The position numbers and the translations under genes were made by a program. 64,000 nucleotides of DNA from Euryarchaeota archaeon UBA62 (lineage in GTDB: Archaea; Thermoplasmatota; Poseidoniia; Poseidoniales; Thalassarchaeaceae), in contig DAPJ01000021.1 in assembly GCA_002502095.1 (NCBI GenBank), positions 29,069 through 93,068 on the forward strand, in the 5' to 3' direction. Positions 51,164 through 60,733 of this stretch are shown piece after piece (within the stretch, counting starts at the first letter, position 1; the number at the start of each line of letters is the position of its first letter). Below the pieces are notes generated by a model. The model searched no databases. It was given only the letters and a program-made list of their open reading frames with translations, and was not told the DNA's origin.

Positions 51164-52462
51164 TTACTTCTCTCTGAGAGATAAGAGTGCAGTTTCTACA
51201 GCCGCCATTGTAATCCTCTCGCCACTTTCTCTAACCATGGTAGCAACCTTCTCGACCTCATGATCTTCCGCACCCGCGGCGGCCACCATATTCATCAGAT
51301 GTAATTTCATATGGCCAGCCTGAATTCCGACTGTGGCGAGAGCCCTCAAGGCACCAAGGTTCTGTGCCAATCCCGCCGCCGCCATTACCTTGGCCAAATC
51401 ATTAGCAGTACGCAGACCCAATAATGCAACATTTGCTTGTGCCCCAGGGTGGATTCTAACGGCACCTCCTACTAATCCTACGGCCATTGGAATCTCAATT
51501 GATCCGACTAGATTCCCATCAGAGTCTTTTTCCCAGTGAGTCATTGAGGAATATTCTCTCCCAAAGGAGGCATACGAGTGAGCTCCTGACTCTATGGCCC
51601 TCCAGTCCTGCCCACATGCTATAGCAATTGGTGAAATCGCGTTCATTATTCCCTTATTGTGAGTAGTCGCCCTGAATGGATCGGCAGCGGCAAAGTGATA
51701 CGCCTGAATAACGCCATCAATAACATTGGAGCCATTCTCTGAATCTTTACCGTCATCAGACATCTCTTCAGGGGTGAATATTGCACTTACCTTGGCTAGC
51801 CTATGTACTGCTAGATTACTGATTATACGGAGTATTACAGTTCCAGAACTCAACTCTTCAATTTTTTGAGCTATTGTCTCTGCCATGGTATTGACGGCAT
51901 TGGCTCCCATTGCATCCCTACAATCAACTAGGATATGTACGATAACCATCGGTCCAGATTCTGTCTCTATGACTCGAACTTCTACATCCCTGCATCCTCC
52001 TCCAAATTTTACAAGAATCGGATCAACCTCGTTGCAAGCATCAATCAACTCGTTTTTAGATGAGAGGATGGCATCTTTGGCTAAGTATGGATCCTCACAT
52101 CCAACAACCTGAATTTGACCTATCATTACGGGAGCATCATTATCTGAAACAAAACCCCCATTGGAATGGCATCTTTTAGCCATATTGGAAGCGGCCGCTA
52201 CAACACTCGCTTCTTCCACAACGAATGGTATCAGATAATGCTCGCCATCAATGATGAAGTTTGTAGCCACTCCAATCGGTAACGAGTATGTACCAATTAC
52301 ATTCTCTATCATCCTATCTGCAACTTCTTCTGAAAGCTCCCCATTAGATGCCCATGCCTCTACCATATCATCCTCTAGTCCTGCAATCTCCGAGAGCAAG
52401 TCCCTCCTCTCTGAGACAGATAGTTTGTAGAATCCTTTCAATCGACTGCTATCCACTGGCAT
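51164..52462 (-). CDS. mvaA: HMG-CoA reductase, class II
   Basis: ENVIG, EEASVVAAAS, DAMGAN, THNKGIMN, GIQAGHMKLH. Confidence 0.94.
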   Translation of the reverse strand: MPVDSSRLKGFYKLSVSERRDLLSEIAGLEDDMVEAWASNGELSEEVADRMIENVIGTYSLPIGVATNFIIDGEHYLIPFVVEEASVVAAASNMAKRCHSNGGFVSDNDAPVMIGQIQVVGCEDPYLAKDAILSSKNELIDACNEVDPILVKFGGGCRDVEVRVIETESGPMVIVHILVDCRDAMGANAVNTMAETIAQKIEELSSGTVILRIISNLAVHRLAKVSAIFTPEEMSDDGKDSENGSNVIDGVIQAYHFAAADPFRATTHNKGIMNAISPIAIACGQDWRAIESGAHSYASFGREYSSMTHWEKDSDGNLVGSIEIPMAVGLVGGAVRIHPGAQANVALLGLRTANDLAKVMAAAGLAQNLGALRALATVGIQAGHMKLHLMNMVAAAGAEDHEVEKVATMVRESGERITMAAVETALLSLREK

Positions 52463-52573
52463 GTTATCGTACCTAGTCGGCGAAAACACCCTTCTGTACA
52501 TTTCGCTTGAATATCTCTCATAATATCACTTAGGTGACCACATAATCTGATCCAGATACAATATTTTCATCAC

Positions 52574-52749
52574 ATTAAAGCGTTAATTATTCTATTAACG
52601 CTTTGTTAACGCATAATTAAAGCGTTAGTAAAACGTTAATATTACTAATATACATTCGACTTACTAATCTAAACTATTGAGAATTTTATATCTAAAAATG
52701 CGTAAATATACGTTAATAATAACTATCTTATCTGTTAGTAAACGTTAAT
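52574..52749. repeat. AT-rich intergenic array of CGTTAAT-like direct and inverted repeats
   Basis: CGTTAAT at 52581, 52634, 52711, 52743; variants at 52623, 52701; reverse copies at 52594, 52605; perfect 11-bp inverted repeat 52577-52587/52594-52604. Confidence 0.85.
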
Positions 52750-52779
52750 GTTATGTACTCCTGACTATTCACCAACATC

Positions 52780-54669
52780 GTGGCAGGTGTTCCATCCGAG
52801 AATCTTGGTTTGCCCTTGTTGAGAGGCAACCCCTTTGATCTCAGGCCAATCGAGAGTGGAAGGGCCGAGTACCTAGTCGGAAGGGATAGGCTAATCGCTT
52901 CTTGGAGAGAGCATATTATTTCACAATCACCAAGGATGTTACTACTTGTTGGCGAGAGGGGTTCCGGGCGTTCATCAGTTGTGAGAACTTTAGCTTCACA
53001 GACGAGAAGAAGTTTTGTCGGTCAATATTGGCCTACCAGCGATCCCGTGAATGCAATAATTCATGAATTAGCAATTCATTTTTGCGGGTTTAGTTCATCG
53101 GGCTCAAATCAGAAAATGATAGATGATTTAGTCTCCAATCTGGAAGAGAGTTCTGGATCCCTGCCCGTGATATCTCTTGATTATCCATCAAATATAGAAA
53201 TCTCCATGGTATTGAATTCAATATCCCCCATTCTTCAAAGACTGAGGGCGCTAGTCATCGTAGTACTCACTCCCTCTCAATTGTCTTCTATTGATGAAGA
53301 GACTCTCGAGCTTTATGACAGGCCAGAATATACAACACATCTATCTAAAGAGCAAATCCAAGAGTTATCTAACAGACTCGTATCAAGAAAGGCTAGAGAG
53401 AAATGGATTATTGATGATATTTTACTATCAAGGATTTATGAATCTACCTCTGGAAACCCTAGAGATGTTATTCGACTTTTGAGGGACCTAATCGATGAGA
53501 GGAGGGATGTTGGTGCACATGGGGCACTAGAGAGACTAATGCGTTGGAAAATTATCAATGACTCCAGTGATGTATATGAAAAGGATGGAGAAAATCAAAT
53601 TTTATTTCCGGATGAATCTCAAGGTCATATCACTGAAGAGGATAATCAATTATCCGTAGATGATCCTCCCGAAAACCGAGATTTCAAATTACAATCAACT
53701 TATTCTGATGGTGATGAATCAATCCAAGACATTACTGAATACATCGAAGATCAAGGAGACAACCTCCATAGTGATGAGCTTGAAGAATACCCCTTCAATT
53801 TCCAAACAGAAACAGGTGAAAGTCAAGTAAATATCGAGGATTTCTCTGAAGATCCAGATGACCTATGGGAGGGGGACTTAGATACCGATGTAGAAGAAAT
53901 ACCCGTAGAAAGAAATACCGAGCAAGGGACATTGGATGATTTTGTCTACATTCAACCAGGTACGGAGCCCCCAATGTTTCATTCAGGAAGTGGTTTCAAC
54001 GGCCTCGCCCAGAGATCAAAATTAGCCCAAAGTCAACAGCCCAACGAAAAAGAAGATACTCCACTCATAGAGTCAGTATCTGAGATTTCACATCTCTGGG
54101 AAGGGGATAAGATAGATATTGAAAGCAATCAACCGGAAAAAAATATTCCAATCATTAGTAATATCGATCCAGAGTGGGAAATAGAAGATCCACAACTCCC
54201 AGAAAAAGAGACCTCCAGTGTCATTTCGACTGATTCCGCCCACTGGTCAGTGGAGCCATCAATGGCCTCTTCATTGCCCGTTTTCGAAGATTCAGAAACT
54301 GAGATTATTGATACTCCATTTGGTATCGAAGACGCTCCCGTTCAATCAATTGATATTATTGAAAATAAATCTGAAAATCCTCGAAGGGAAAACTTCCGTC
54401 CGACTACTTCATGGGAGCCTGACAATCCTTTTGATGAGGAGAGGAGTATATATCTAAATGAAGCTGAAATGTTAGTCATTTCAATGGCTTCAAAGAGAGA
54501 GATTTCTCCCTCAGATGCAGAACTCCAGGCCAGGCTCGAGGTTGGAAGACCCCGCCTCTCTCAGATATACAATGGACTCCACAAGTCCGGATACCTTTCT
54601 GTCAGGAAGCAAGGAAGAAAGAGACTATTCAAAATCACAGAAGCTGCACAGAAATTAGTGGAGGCATAA
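52780..54669 (+). CDS. Degenerate P-loop (AAA+/ExeA-like) domain, long acidic linker and C-terminal winged HTH
   Basis: NPF motif, GERGSGRSS, SGNPRDV; ~300 aa D/E-rich region; ELQARLEVGRPRLSQIYNGLHKSGYLSVRKQGRKRLFKIT. Confidence 0.72.
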   Translation: MAGVPSENLGLPLLRGNPFDLRPIESGRAEYLVGRDRLIASWREHIISQSPRMLLLVGERGSGRSSVVRTLASQTRRSFVGQYWPTSDPVNAIIHELAIHFCGFSSSGSNQKMIDDLVSNLEESSGSLPVISLDYPSNIEISMVLNSISPILQRLRALVIVVLTPSQLSSIDEETLELYDRPEYTTHLSKEQIQELSNRLVSRKAREKWIIDDILLSRIYESTSGNPRDVIRLLRDLIDERRDVGAHGALERLMRWKIINDSSDVYEKDGENQILFPDESQGHITEEDNQLSVDDPPENRDFKLQSTYSDGDESIQDITEYIEDQGDNLHSDELEEYPFNFQTETGESQVNIEDFSEDPDDLWEGDLDTDVEEIPVERNTEQGTLDDFVYIQPGTEPPMFHSGSGFNGLAQRSKLAQSQQPNEKEDTPLIESVSEISHLWEGDKIDIESNQPEKNIPIISNIDPEWEIEDPQLPEKETSSVISTDSAHWSVEPSMASSLPVFEDSETEIIDTPFGIEDAPVQSIDIIENKSENPRRENFRPTTSWEPDNPFDEERSIYLNEAEMLVISMASKREISPSDAELQARLEVGRPRLSQIYNGLHKSGYLSVRKQGRKRLFKITEAAQKLVEA

Positions 54670-54670
54670 T

Positions 54671-54964
54671 ATGGATGAAAACGTATTAATTACCGAAGAA
54701 AGAGTGAAGAAATATATCTCAATCACCCTTCAAGCAAGGAAGAAGGCCACACCAAATAATCTTAGCAAGGCGGACTTGGAAAGATTGGACTCTATGATGA
54801 GAATGTGTGATGACTACTACTCAGATTCAAAATACTTCCTTGAGAAAGGGGATTTGGTCCGGGCATTCGGAGCAATAAACTACTCGCATGCATGGATCGA
54901 CGCGGCAGTAAAAATCGGCTTAATGGATGGGCATGGAGATGATGTTCTTTTCACTCTTCCTTAA
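54671..54964 (+). CDS. DUF357 family protein
   Basis: YYSDSKYFLEKGDLVRAFGAINYSHAWIDA. Confidence 0.85.
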   Translation: MDENVLITEERVKKYISITLQARKKATPNNLSKADLERLDSMMRMCDDYYSDSKYFLEKGDLVRAFGAINYSHAWIDAAVKIGLMDGHGDDVLFTLP

Positions 54965-55326
54965 TCAACTAGGCGTAGCATTCTATCTGATACGACTTCA
55001 ATATAGGAGCAACCAGACTCAGATAGTTTTTCTTTCAATCTAGTATCAACCGTAAGTACTGGCCAGTTATTCATTTTTGAAAGCCGTACTAGCATCATAT
55101 CGGTGTGCCTTTCCCCGGGAGGATCATCCATCATTTCTGAGCGACTGTTCAAGAGTCCAAGGAGAAGCCCCCTCTTGCCCCTAGATAGATCATCCAGCTC
55201 CCTCCAGACACTATCAATTACTATCAGATCTGGCTTTCCTATGACATTAGACATCGCAGAATCCAAGTTCAGCCCTGACTTGACAAATGCAATCCAGCCA
55301 CAAGTATCGACGAGAACTCCCGCCAA
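54961..55326 (-). CDS. PIN-domain protein (Fcf1/Utp24-like)
   Basis: VLVDT, EL, TD, LTVD acidic residues; usual position downstream of aIF2-gamma. Confidence 0.8.
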   Translation of the reverse strand: MAGVLVDTCGWIAFVKSGLNLDSAMSNVIGKPDLIVIDSVWRELDDLSRGKRGLLLGLLNSRSEMMDDPPGERHTDMMLVRLSKMNNWPVLTVDTRLKEKLSESGCSYIEVVSDRMLRLVD

Positions 55327-55330
55327 TTAA

Positions 55331-56572
55331 TCACCCTTTGATAGTTCCATGGCCTATCAGTCTCCATCGGGCGCCTACTCTTCTAGATAGAGTGATCCTG
55401 CTTCCCATCTTCGCACATATTGGTAATCTCAGCGCTAGCTTAGCCTCTCCCTTCTTGGAGGATGAAACAGTTCCAACACTGGTGGCTGTAGCAGAGTTTA
55501 CCATCAGCATCTCGTTTGTTTGTAGCGGCTTCACCACGCCTTCTTCGCCTTCTCCTCCAGAGACCATCTTATCCAAAAGCTCCAATTTAAGATCCAAGGA
55601 TTCCCAGACAGGAGGCAGCTCTCCTTCCTTTGCCATCACTTGTCCTGAGAGATCATCTGCCTTCGTCGACATCGGGTCCATGGGAGTAGCAATTCCACAA
55701 AGTCCTCCAGCATGAGCCGATTGAAGATCTAGTCCGCCAGCTTGGATATTTTCTATTGTAGTCTTCAAAGGCTCCCATCTGGTTTTATTTCCCTCTGAAA
55801 TCCTTCTTCCGGGAGCGATTAAAATAGAGTCTCCAACACTAAAGGATCCTTCGACAATACTGCCTCCTATTATCCCCCCTCTCAGTTTATTCGGTCTAGA
55901 ACCAGGCCTATTGACATCGAAAGAGCGTGCTACATACATCAGGCCCTTGTCATCGGAGTCTAGGGAGGGACTAGGAATCGTATCTTCTATGGCCTGAATC
56001 AACATGTCCAGATTAACATCATGATGTGCTGAAACAGGAACTATCGGAGACCCCTCTGCTATCGTACCTTCAATGAAAGAAAGTATTTCCTGGTAGGACT
56101 CAATTGCACGCTCTTTACTAACAATATCGACTTTATTCTGTACTACGACTATATTTTCTATGCCCGCTATCTGTAACGCGGCCAAATGCTCCCTAGTCTG
56201 CGCTTGCGGACATGACTCATTAGCGGCCACTAAAAGTAAGGCGCCATCCATTATAGCTGCACCTGAAATCATTACAGCCATCAGGGTCTCGTGTCCCGGT
56301 GCATCCACAAATGAAATAACTCTTAGAAGATCATTTTCGGAGTCTTCTCCTCCATCTGGATTCTTTCCTCTGGCATAGTATTCTCCTTCCTTATTCTTGT
56401 AAAATGCAGTATCTGCATATCCAAGTTTTATGCTGATCCCACGCTTCCTCTCCTCGGAATGAGTATCTGTCCAAGTGCCTGAAAGAGCCTGCGTCAGAGT
56501 AGTCTTTCCATGATCTACGTGCCCGACCATTCCAATATTTACTTCCGGCTGACTAGGTAGATCACTCGCCAG
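55331..56572 (-). CDS. eif2g: Translation initiation factor 2 subunit gamma, probable CTG start
   Basis: QPEVNIGMVGHVDHGKT, DAPGHE, QTREH, NKVD, WRLIG. Confidence 0.95.
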   Translation of the reverse strand: MASDLPSQPEVNIGMVGHVDHGKTTLTQALSGTWTDTHSEERKRGISIKLGYADTAFYKNKEGEYYARGKNPDGGEDSENDLLRVISFVDAPGHETLMAVMISGAAIMDGALLLVAANESCPQAQTREHLAALQIAGIENIVVVQNKVDIVSKERAIESYQEILSFIEGTIAEGSPIVPVSAHHDVNLDMLIQAIEDTIPSPSLDSDDKGLMYVARSFDVNRPGSRPNKLRGGIIGGSIVEGSFSVGDSILIAPGRRISEGNKTRWEPLKTTIENIQAGGLDLQSAHAGGLCGIATPMDPMSTKADDLSGQVMAKEGELPPVWESLDLKLELLDKMVSGGEGEEGVVKPLQTNEMLMVNSATATSVGTVSSSKKGEAKLALRLPICAKMGSRITLSRRVGARWRLIGHGTIKG

Positions 56573-56591
56573 CTAGACCATCTCCTACTAT

Positions 56592-57086
56592 TCACTCCTC
56601 TTCACCAGAGGACTGATCCGCAGGAACTTCTTCTTCAATACCAAATATGACGCCAAGTGGCCTTTTCCCAGCCTCAACTATCTTCAGGTTAATCTGCCTA
56701 GTTTCCTGCCCTATTACGTTTCCACGAAGGTTCCTCCTCCTTCTTAGCCCATCATACTTGTAGCGGTATATCTTACCCTTCTTGTTGACTTTCTTATCTC
56801 CCTTGTAACCTATCCCGGCGGTGATTAGTACTGATTTTACTCCACTACCATCAAGATCTGGTCGCATAGGCCTTCCTGTTAGATCGGATCCTCCTGTGAT
56901 TTCTAGGCGGTATCCAGTTAGTGACTGATCGCCTTCTCCGATAAACATCCCATCTACCGAATCGCCTATCTTTTTTCCTAGGAAATGATTGTAATTAGAA
57001 CCAGTTATCTCAACCGAGAACGCACGTCCTCCATATTTTGGATTCGTGTCGTTAACGACTGCCTTGAATGACTGTTCGCCTGCCAT
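56592..57086 (-). CDS. rps6e: 30S ribosomal protein S6e
   Basis: GKKIGD, LEITGGSD-x-x-G-x-PMRPD, RRRRNLRGN, QINLKI; SD GAGGTG. Confidence 0.95.
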   Translation of the reverse strand: MAGEQSFKAVVNDTNPKYGGRAFSVEITGSNYNHFLGKKIGDSVDGMFIGEGDQSLTGYRLEITGGSDLTGRPMRPDLDGSGVKSVLITAGIGYKGDKKVNKKGKIYRYKYDGLRRRRNLRGNVIGQETRQINLKIVEAGKRPLGVIFGIEEEVPADQSSGEEE

Positions 57087-57157
57087 ACTTACACCTCGGA
57101 CGGCAATCCGACATGAGGCCCCTATAAGAGCGGTTCGGAAGTAATGGCAAATCGCCC

Positions 57158-58366
57158 CTACCGCTTCGTGAACTCTTCCTCAATCCTACTTCCTATTGTT
57201 GCGGGTGCGGTATTGGTCATTGTAATGTATGTAGTTCTACCCCTACCAACTGTAGTATTAGTTGACCGGGCATCCAACAAACCTTCCTTTTCCAGTGCCT
57301 TGAGATGCTTCCAGAATGTCGTATAGCTCCGTGGTTTTACTCCAAATTCCTCACATACCACTTCATATAGCTTCCTAGCATCTCCACTTGATATCTCCTC
57401 TTCCTTACGTAATCTTCTACATATCCCGAGAAGTACAAGTTTCTGATGGGCACTAAGGGAGTCAACCTGGCTCGGCTCCACAGAAGCAGACCTTATGGTA
57501 CTCGGCATTACATCATTCAACGCAACCTCTCCTCTTCCATCCATCTCCGCCCTCCTTACCGCTGCCTCAAGAAGCTCGATAGCTAGCCTGGCATCGCCAG
57601 TACCCTCAGCAAATCTTCCTATCTTCTCGAGAATATCATCGCTCACTGATCCGGATCTACAAGATGCCTCATATCTCTGTTTGGAAATTCCAATCAGGCC
57701 ATCGTACCCATAGGGCTCCAGCTTCAGTACGTTACTCTCTCCAAGTCTCGAGATTATCGCCGGCTCCATCATACCCATCAGTGACAAGTCCTGACTAACT
57801 AGAATCAGAGAGATAGTTCCTTGCCCGCCCTGTCCTTCATCGATTCGCAGTAGTTTGTAGATTAGATCGCTATTATCTCTCCTAATGAGGATATCAACCT
57901 CGTCTAATACCAATATCATATGGAGCCCCCTAGACCGAATATTCCTCCTTATCGACTGAATAATTTCCCCAGAGCTAAACCCCCTCTCAGGATGTCGGGA
58001 GTCCAAAGACAGTGCAATCTGTTGTAAGACCTGATTCGTAGAGGGATGATTACGACAATTAACATGAGACAGAGTCATCTTCCTAACTCCATCCAACTCT
58101 CTGATTACATCCTCTCCAAATCTTCTAGTTAGTACGGTTTTTCCCGTTCCAACATGACCTATGACCACTGCACGACCACTCACTCCCTCGCTACCTATTC
58201 CCATGAACATCGAGGCTAAAAGGCCTAGTTCCTTGTCCCTGCCTACAAGATTTGGAGGAGTCCAATCGAATGAAAGTGGCCCCCTGTCGACGAGTATCTT
58301 GCCAGCACCGATATTGTCAAGGTAGTCTGTCATCAGACCACACGCGCTAACATCGTTATTAGACAT
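57158..58366 (-). CDS. cdc6: Orc1/Cdc6 replication initiation protein
   Basis: L-x-FDWTP, GHVGTGKT, VNC, VLDEVD, GDAR, C-terminal wHTH with GRGRT. Confidence 0.93.
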   Translation of the reverse strand: MSNNDVSACGLMTDYLDNIGAGKILVDRGPLSFDWTPPNLVGRDKELGLLASMFMGIGSEGVSGRAVVIGHVGTGKTVLTRRFGEDVIRELDGVRKMTLSHVNCRNHPSTNQVLQQIALSLDSRHPERGFSSGEIIQSIRRNIRSRGLHMILVLDEVDILIRRDNSDLIYKLLRIDEGQGGQGTISLILVSQDLSLMGMMEPAIISRLGESNVLKLEPYGYDGLIGISKQRYEASCRSGSVSDDILEKIGRFAEGTGDARLAIELLEAAVRRAEMDGRGEVALNDVMPSTIRSASVEPSQVDSLSAHQKLVLLGICRRLRKEEEISSGDARKLYEVVCEEFGVKPRSYTTFWKHLKALEKEGLLDARSTNTTVGRGRTTYITMTNTAPATIGSRIEEEFTKR

Positions 58367-58421
58367 ATTCTGGGGAAATTAGAAATTAGCTACACATCAT
58401 GTCGATATCTCATTCGCCAAA

Positions 58422-59528
58422 TCACGGAATCTCATCAAATTGGTAACCATTTTCCCACTTCTTTTCTCCCAAGGCAACTTCAAGCTCATATGGAGTTACC
58501 AACGGCTTGTCATACCTCACTGAGTCATCAATGGCTATCCTCGGACATGCAGTATTCACGAACGCATCAACCGGGTAGAAGTCTATCAAATCAGGACTCA
58601 CGTGATCGAGTGCGAGTAAGTATCCCTTCTTCCCATGCTTCTCGAGAATTCTTTTCATCCTTATTGCGAGATTCCTCCTCATCTGCCCTGGCTTCTCCCC
58701 AATTAGAATTCCAAAAGTAGTAGCATTGTCTATTTCCATAATTAGTCCAAAACGTTGCCTCAGGATTCTTTCAATACGCCCAAAAGACATCTCACTCGAG
58801 TCTCCAGTGTAGGGATCTAGTAGGGCCAAAGGCTTCCCTGTATGGAGGACCAAACCTATCGGATGGAAGTCTCCCGAACCAAGGAACAGGTAATGCCCTA
58901 TATTTTCATTATCTCCAGAATAATTGCAACCGAGAACCTGCCCGGGGAATGTTAGCCTATCTCCTCCAGTTGGTATTTCTACTTCGAAGCCAGCTCTTTC
59001 CAACATTTCTTTGTATTTTGGAAGTAGGTGTAGGTGTTGTATTGATCCGACAAGACCAAGCTTGGTCTCTTTTAGAGGAGAGAACCTACCTACTGCATCT
59101 AAGAAAATCTCCTGCGCCTCCTCCTCGTCGAGATCATTCTTTCTTTCCGCTCCCTTCCTAGACTCGGCAATTGATAGATGAGCTCTAAGAATTGGTAAGA
59201 CTCCTTCAATTTCTGGCTCGCCATCGTACGTCACCGAGATGAACTGCGTCGGCATCCCAGAGTCTATGTTCATCTGACTATGTCCCATATGTGCCACTAG
59301 CTCAACTCCCATCGCTCTCATCTTGTCATGTACTAAATCACAGGCACCATAGCAAGGATCCGCCGCAAGAACTACCTTAGCATCTGAATCATCTTCTATC
59401 TGATCCATCATTTCCAGAGCTTGCATTTTCAGGCCCTCTGGAACTTGTAATGCAATAAGACGATGATCATTCGATTTTATTCTCGTAACCAACTCATCGA
59501 GCTGAAAGTCATGTCTGTCTAAATCCAT
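58422..59528 (-). CDS. dph2: 2-(3-amino-3-carboxypropyl)histidine synthase (diphthamide biosynthesis)
   Basis: LQVPEGLK, CYGACD, GQVLGC, TACPRI. Confidence 0.94.
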   Translation of the reverse strand: MDLDRHDFQLDELVTRIKSNDHRLIALQVPEGLKMQALEMMDQIEDDSDAKVVLAADPCYGACDLVHDKMRAMGVELVAHMGHSQMNIDSGMPTQFISVTYDGEPEIEGVLPILRAHLSIAESRKGAERKNDLDEEEAQEIFLDAVGRFSPLKETKLGLVGSIQHLHLLPKYKEMLERAGFEVEIPTGGDRLTFPGQVLGCNYSGDNENIGHYLFLGSGDFHPIGLVLHTGKPLALLDPYTGDSSEMSFGRIERILRQRFGLIMEIDNATTFGILIGEKPGQMRRNLAIRMKRILEKHGKKGYLLALDHVSPDLIDFYPVDAFVNTACPRIAIDDSVRYDKPLVTPYELEVALGEKKWENGYQFDEIP

Positions 59529-59534
59529 CGGTAA

Positions 59535-60113
59535 TCACTCAATAATCTCTACTTTCCCATCAACTATTTCTATTCTGGCTAGTGTTCTTATGGGCCATCC
59601 GGGTTTCTCTTTGGAGAGACGTTCGCGCCCATCTCCTTTCTCTATTGCGATGATAATATCCTGTAGCTTCGCGCCCATTCCTTCGATTGCCTCAAGAATT
59701 GGCTCTAATGTGCCTCCCGTGGAGATTACATCATCGACAATAAGTATCCTCTCTCCGGGTTTGATATCGTTGATATACGTGGTAGATTTTGAATATCCTG
59801 TGGAAACGTCGACTTCCACTTCCCCCTCCATTCCATATGATCGCTTTCTAATAACAACAGTAGGTTTTCCCGATGCCTCGCCAACCGCGGCCAACAATGG
59901 CAATCCCATCGCCTCAACACTGACTATGAGATCTATTTCCGACCAATCGACCATTGAGACAATCAGGTCTCTTGTAGCACGAAGAACATCAGGGTCCATC
60001 CTCGGTATCCCATCTGAAATTGGATGTATGAAGTATGGATACTCTCCTTTCCAAATTATAGGAGCGCCCCTCAGTGAATCCTGAAGTATGGCAAGGGGGT
60101 CGCCGGGCTCCAT
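59535..60113 (-). CDS. hpt: Purine phosphoribosyltransferase (archaeal Hpt/Apt type)
   Basis: YPYFIHPISDG, EAMG, IVDDVISTGGT. Confidence 0.88.
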   Translation of the reverse strand: MEPGDPLAILQDSLRGAPIIWKGEYPYFIHPISDGIPRMDPDVLRATRDLIVSMVDWSEIDLIVSVEAMGLPLLAAVGEASGKPTVVIRKRSYGMEGEVEVDVSTGYSKSTTYINDIKPGERILIVDDVISTGGTLEPILEAIEGMGAKLQDIIIAIEKGDGRERLSKEKPGWPIRTLARIEIVDGKVEIIE

Positions 60114-60125
60114 TGCCCATCAACC

Positions 60126-60665
60126 TCAGACTTTGCCCTTCAAGTGCTCGGCTCCCCTGACAACTCTCTGGGAACAAGGAGTGGGGAACTTACAGCTCGC
60201 TTTACGAAGGGCATCCCTAGCAGCATCATAATTTTCTGGATTCAAATGGATTGACACAATAGTCTGTCCTCTTAAGACTCTAGCGGCGGTTCCTACATTC
60301 TTACCGAACGCCTGCCTCATTCCCTGGGAAACACGATCAGCACCCGCACCAGTGGCCTGCTTATTTTCTCGTAGAATTTGATGTGGATAAACATGAATCC
60401 TGAGGGCGTAGCCATCGACACCAGCCGAATTTCTTATTGTGGCATTAGCTACCTGTCTAGCCGATTCAAGAGCACTATCTCTGATTTGACACGCATTATC
60501 TGATGTCAGCTCAACAACTATTGGAAAATCTCCTGCCTCAGCGGCTTTTCTATTCCCCATGAAGTACCTGAGAATACGATTGTTGGGAACTCCTCCGGTG
60601 TACTCTCTACGAGTAAATGACTGGCCCTTTACCTGACGATACATCTTCGCTGGTTTGCGTGCCAC
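60126..60665 (-). CDS. rpl10e: 50S ribosomal protein L10e (uL16)
   Basis: ARKPAKMYR, ALESAR, RENKQATGAGADRVSQGMR-x-AFGK; SD GAGGTGA then GTG. Confidence 0.96.
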   Translation of the reverse strand: MARKPAKMYRQVKGQSFTRREYTGGVPNNRILRYFMGNRKAAEAGDFPIVVELTSDNACQIRDSALESARQVANATIRNSAGVDGYALRIHVYPHQILRENKQATGAGADRVSQGMRQAFGKNVGTAARVLRGQTIVSIHLNPENYDAARDALRKASCKFPTPCSQRVVRGAEHLKGKV

Positions 60666-60733
60666 TTACTCACCTCTCTGGCGGGCGACCAACCCCCCAT
60701 ATTTAATCGTGAGGACAAAGCAACGAGAGCTCC

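Noticed and set aside
52574..52749. Repeat array as a CRISPR
   Set aside because: Repeats are 7-17 bp, irregularly spaced and in both orientations; no unique spacers and no cas genes
54961..55326. VapC toxin of a toxin-antitoxin pair
   Set aside because: No antitoxin; it sits in the usual archaeal rps6e-aIF2gamma-PIN housekeeping arrangement
56573..56581. TAG readthrough or pyrrolysine in aIF2-gamma (ATG GTC TAG)
   Set aside because: TAG is an ordinary stop for many genes here and no pyl genes are in the window; that ATG lies within the SD-like sequence, so a CTG start is simpler
57087..58421. Canonical ORB-containing origin flanking cdc6
   Set aside because: The flanking intergenic gaps are only about 70 and 55 bp, with no recognisable ORB or G-string repeats
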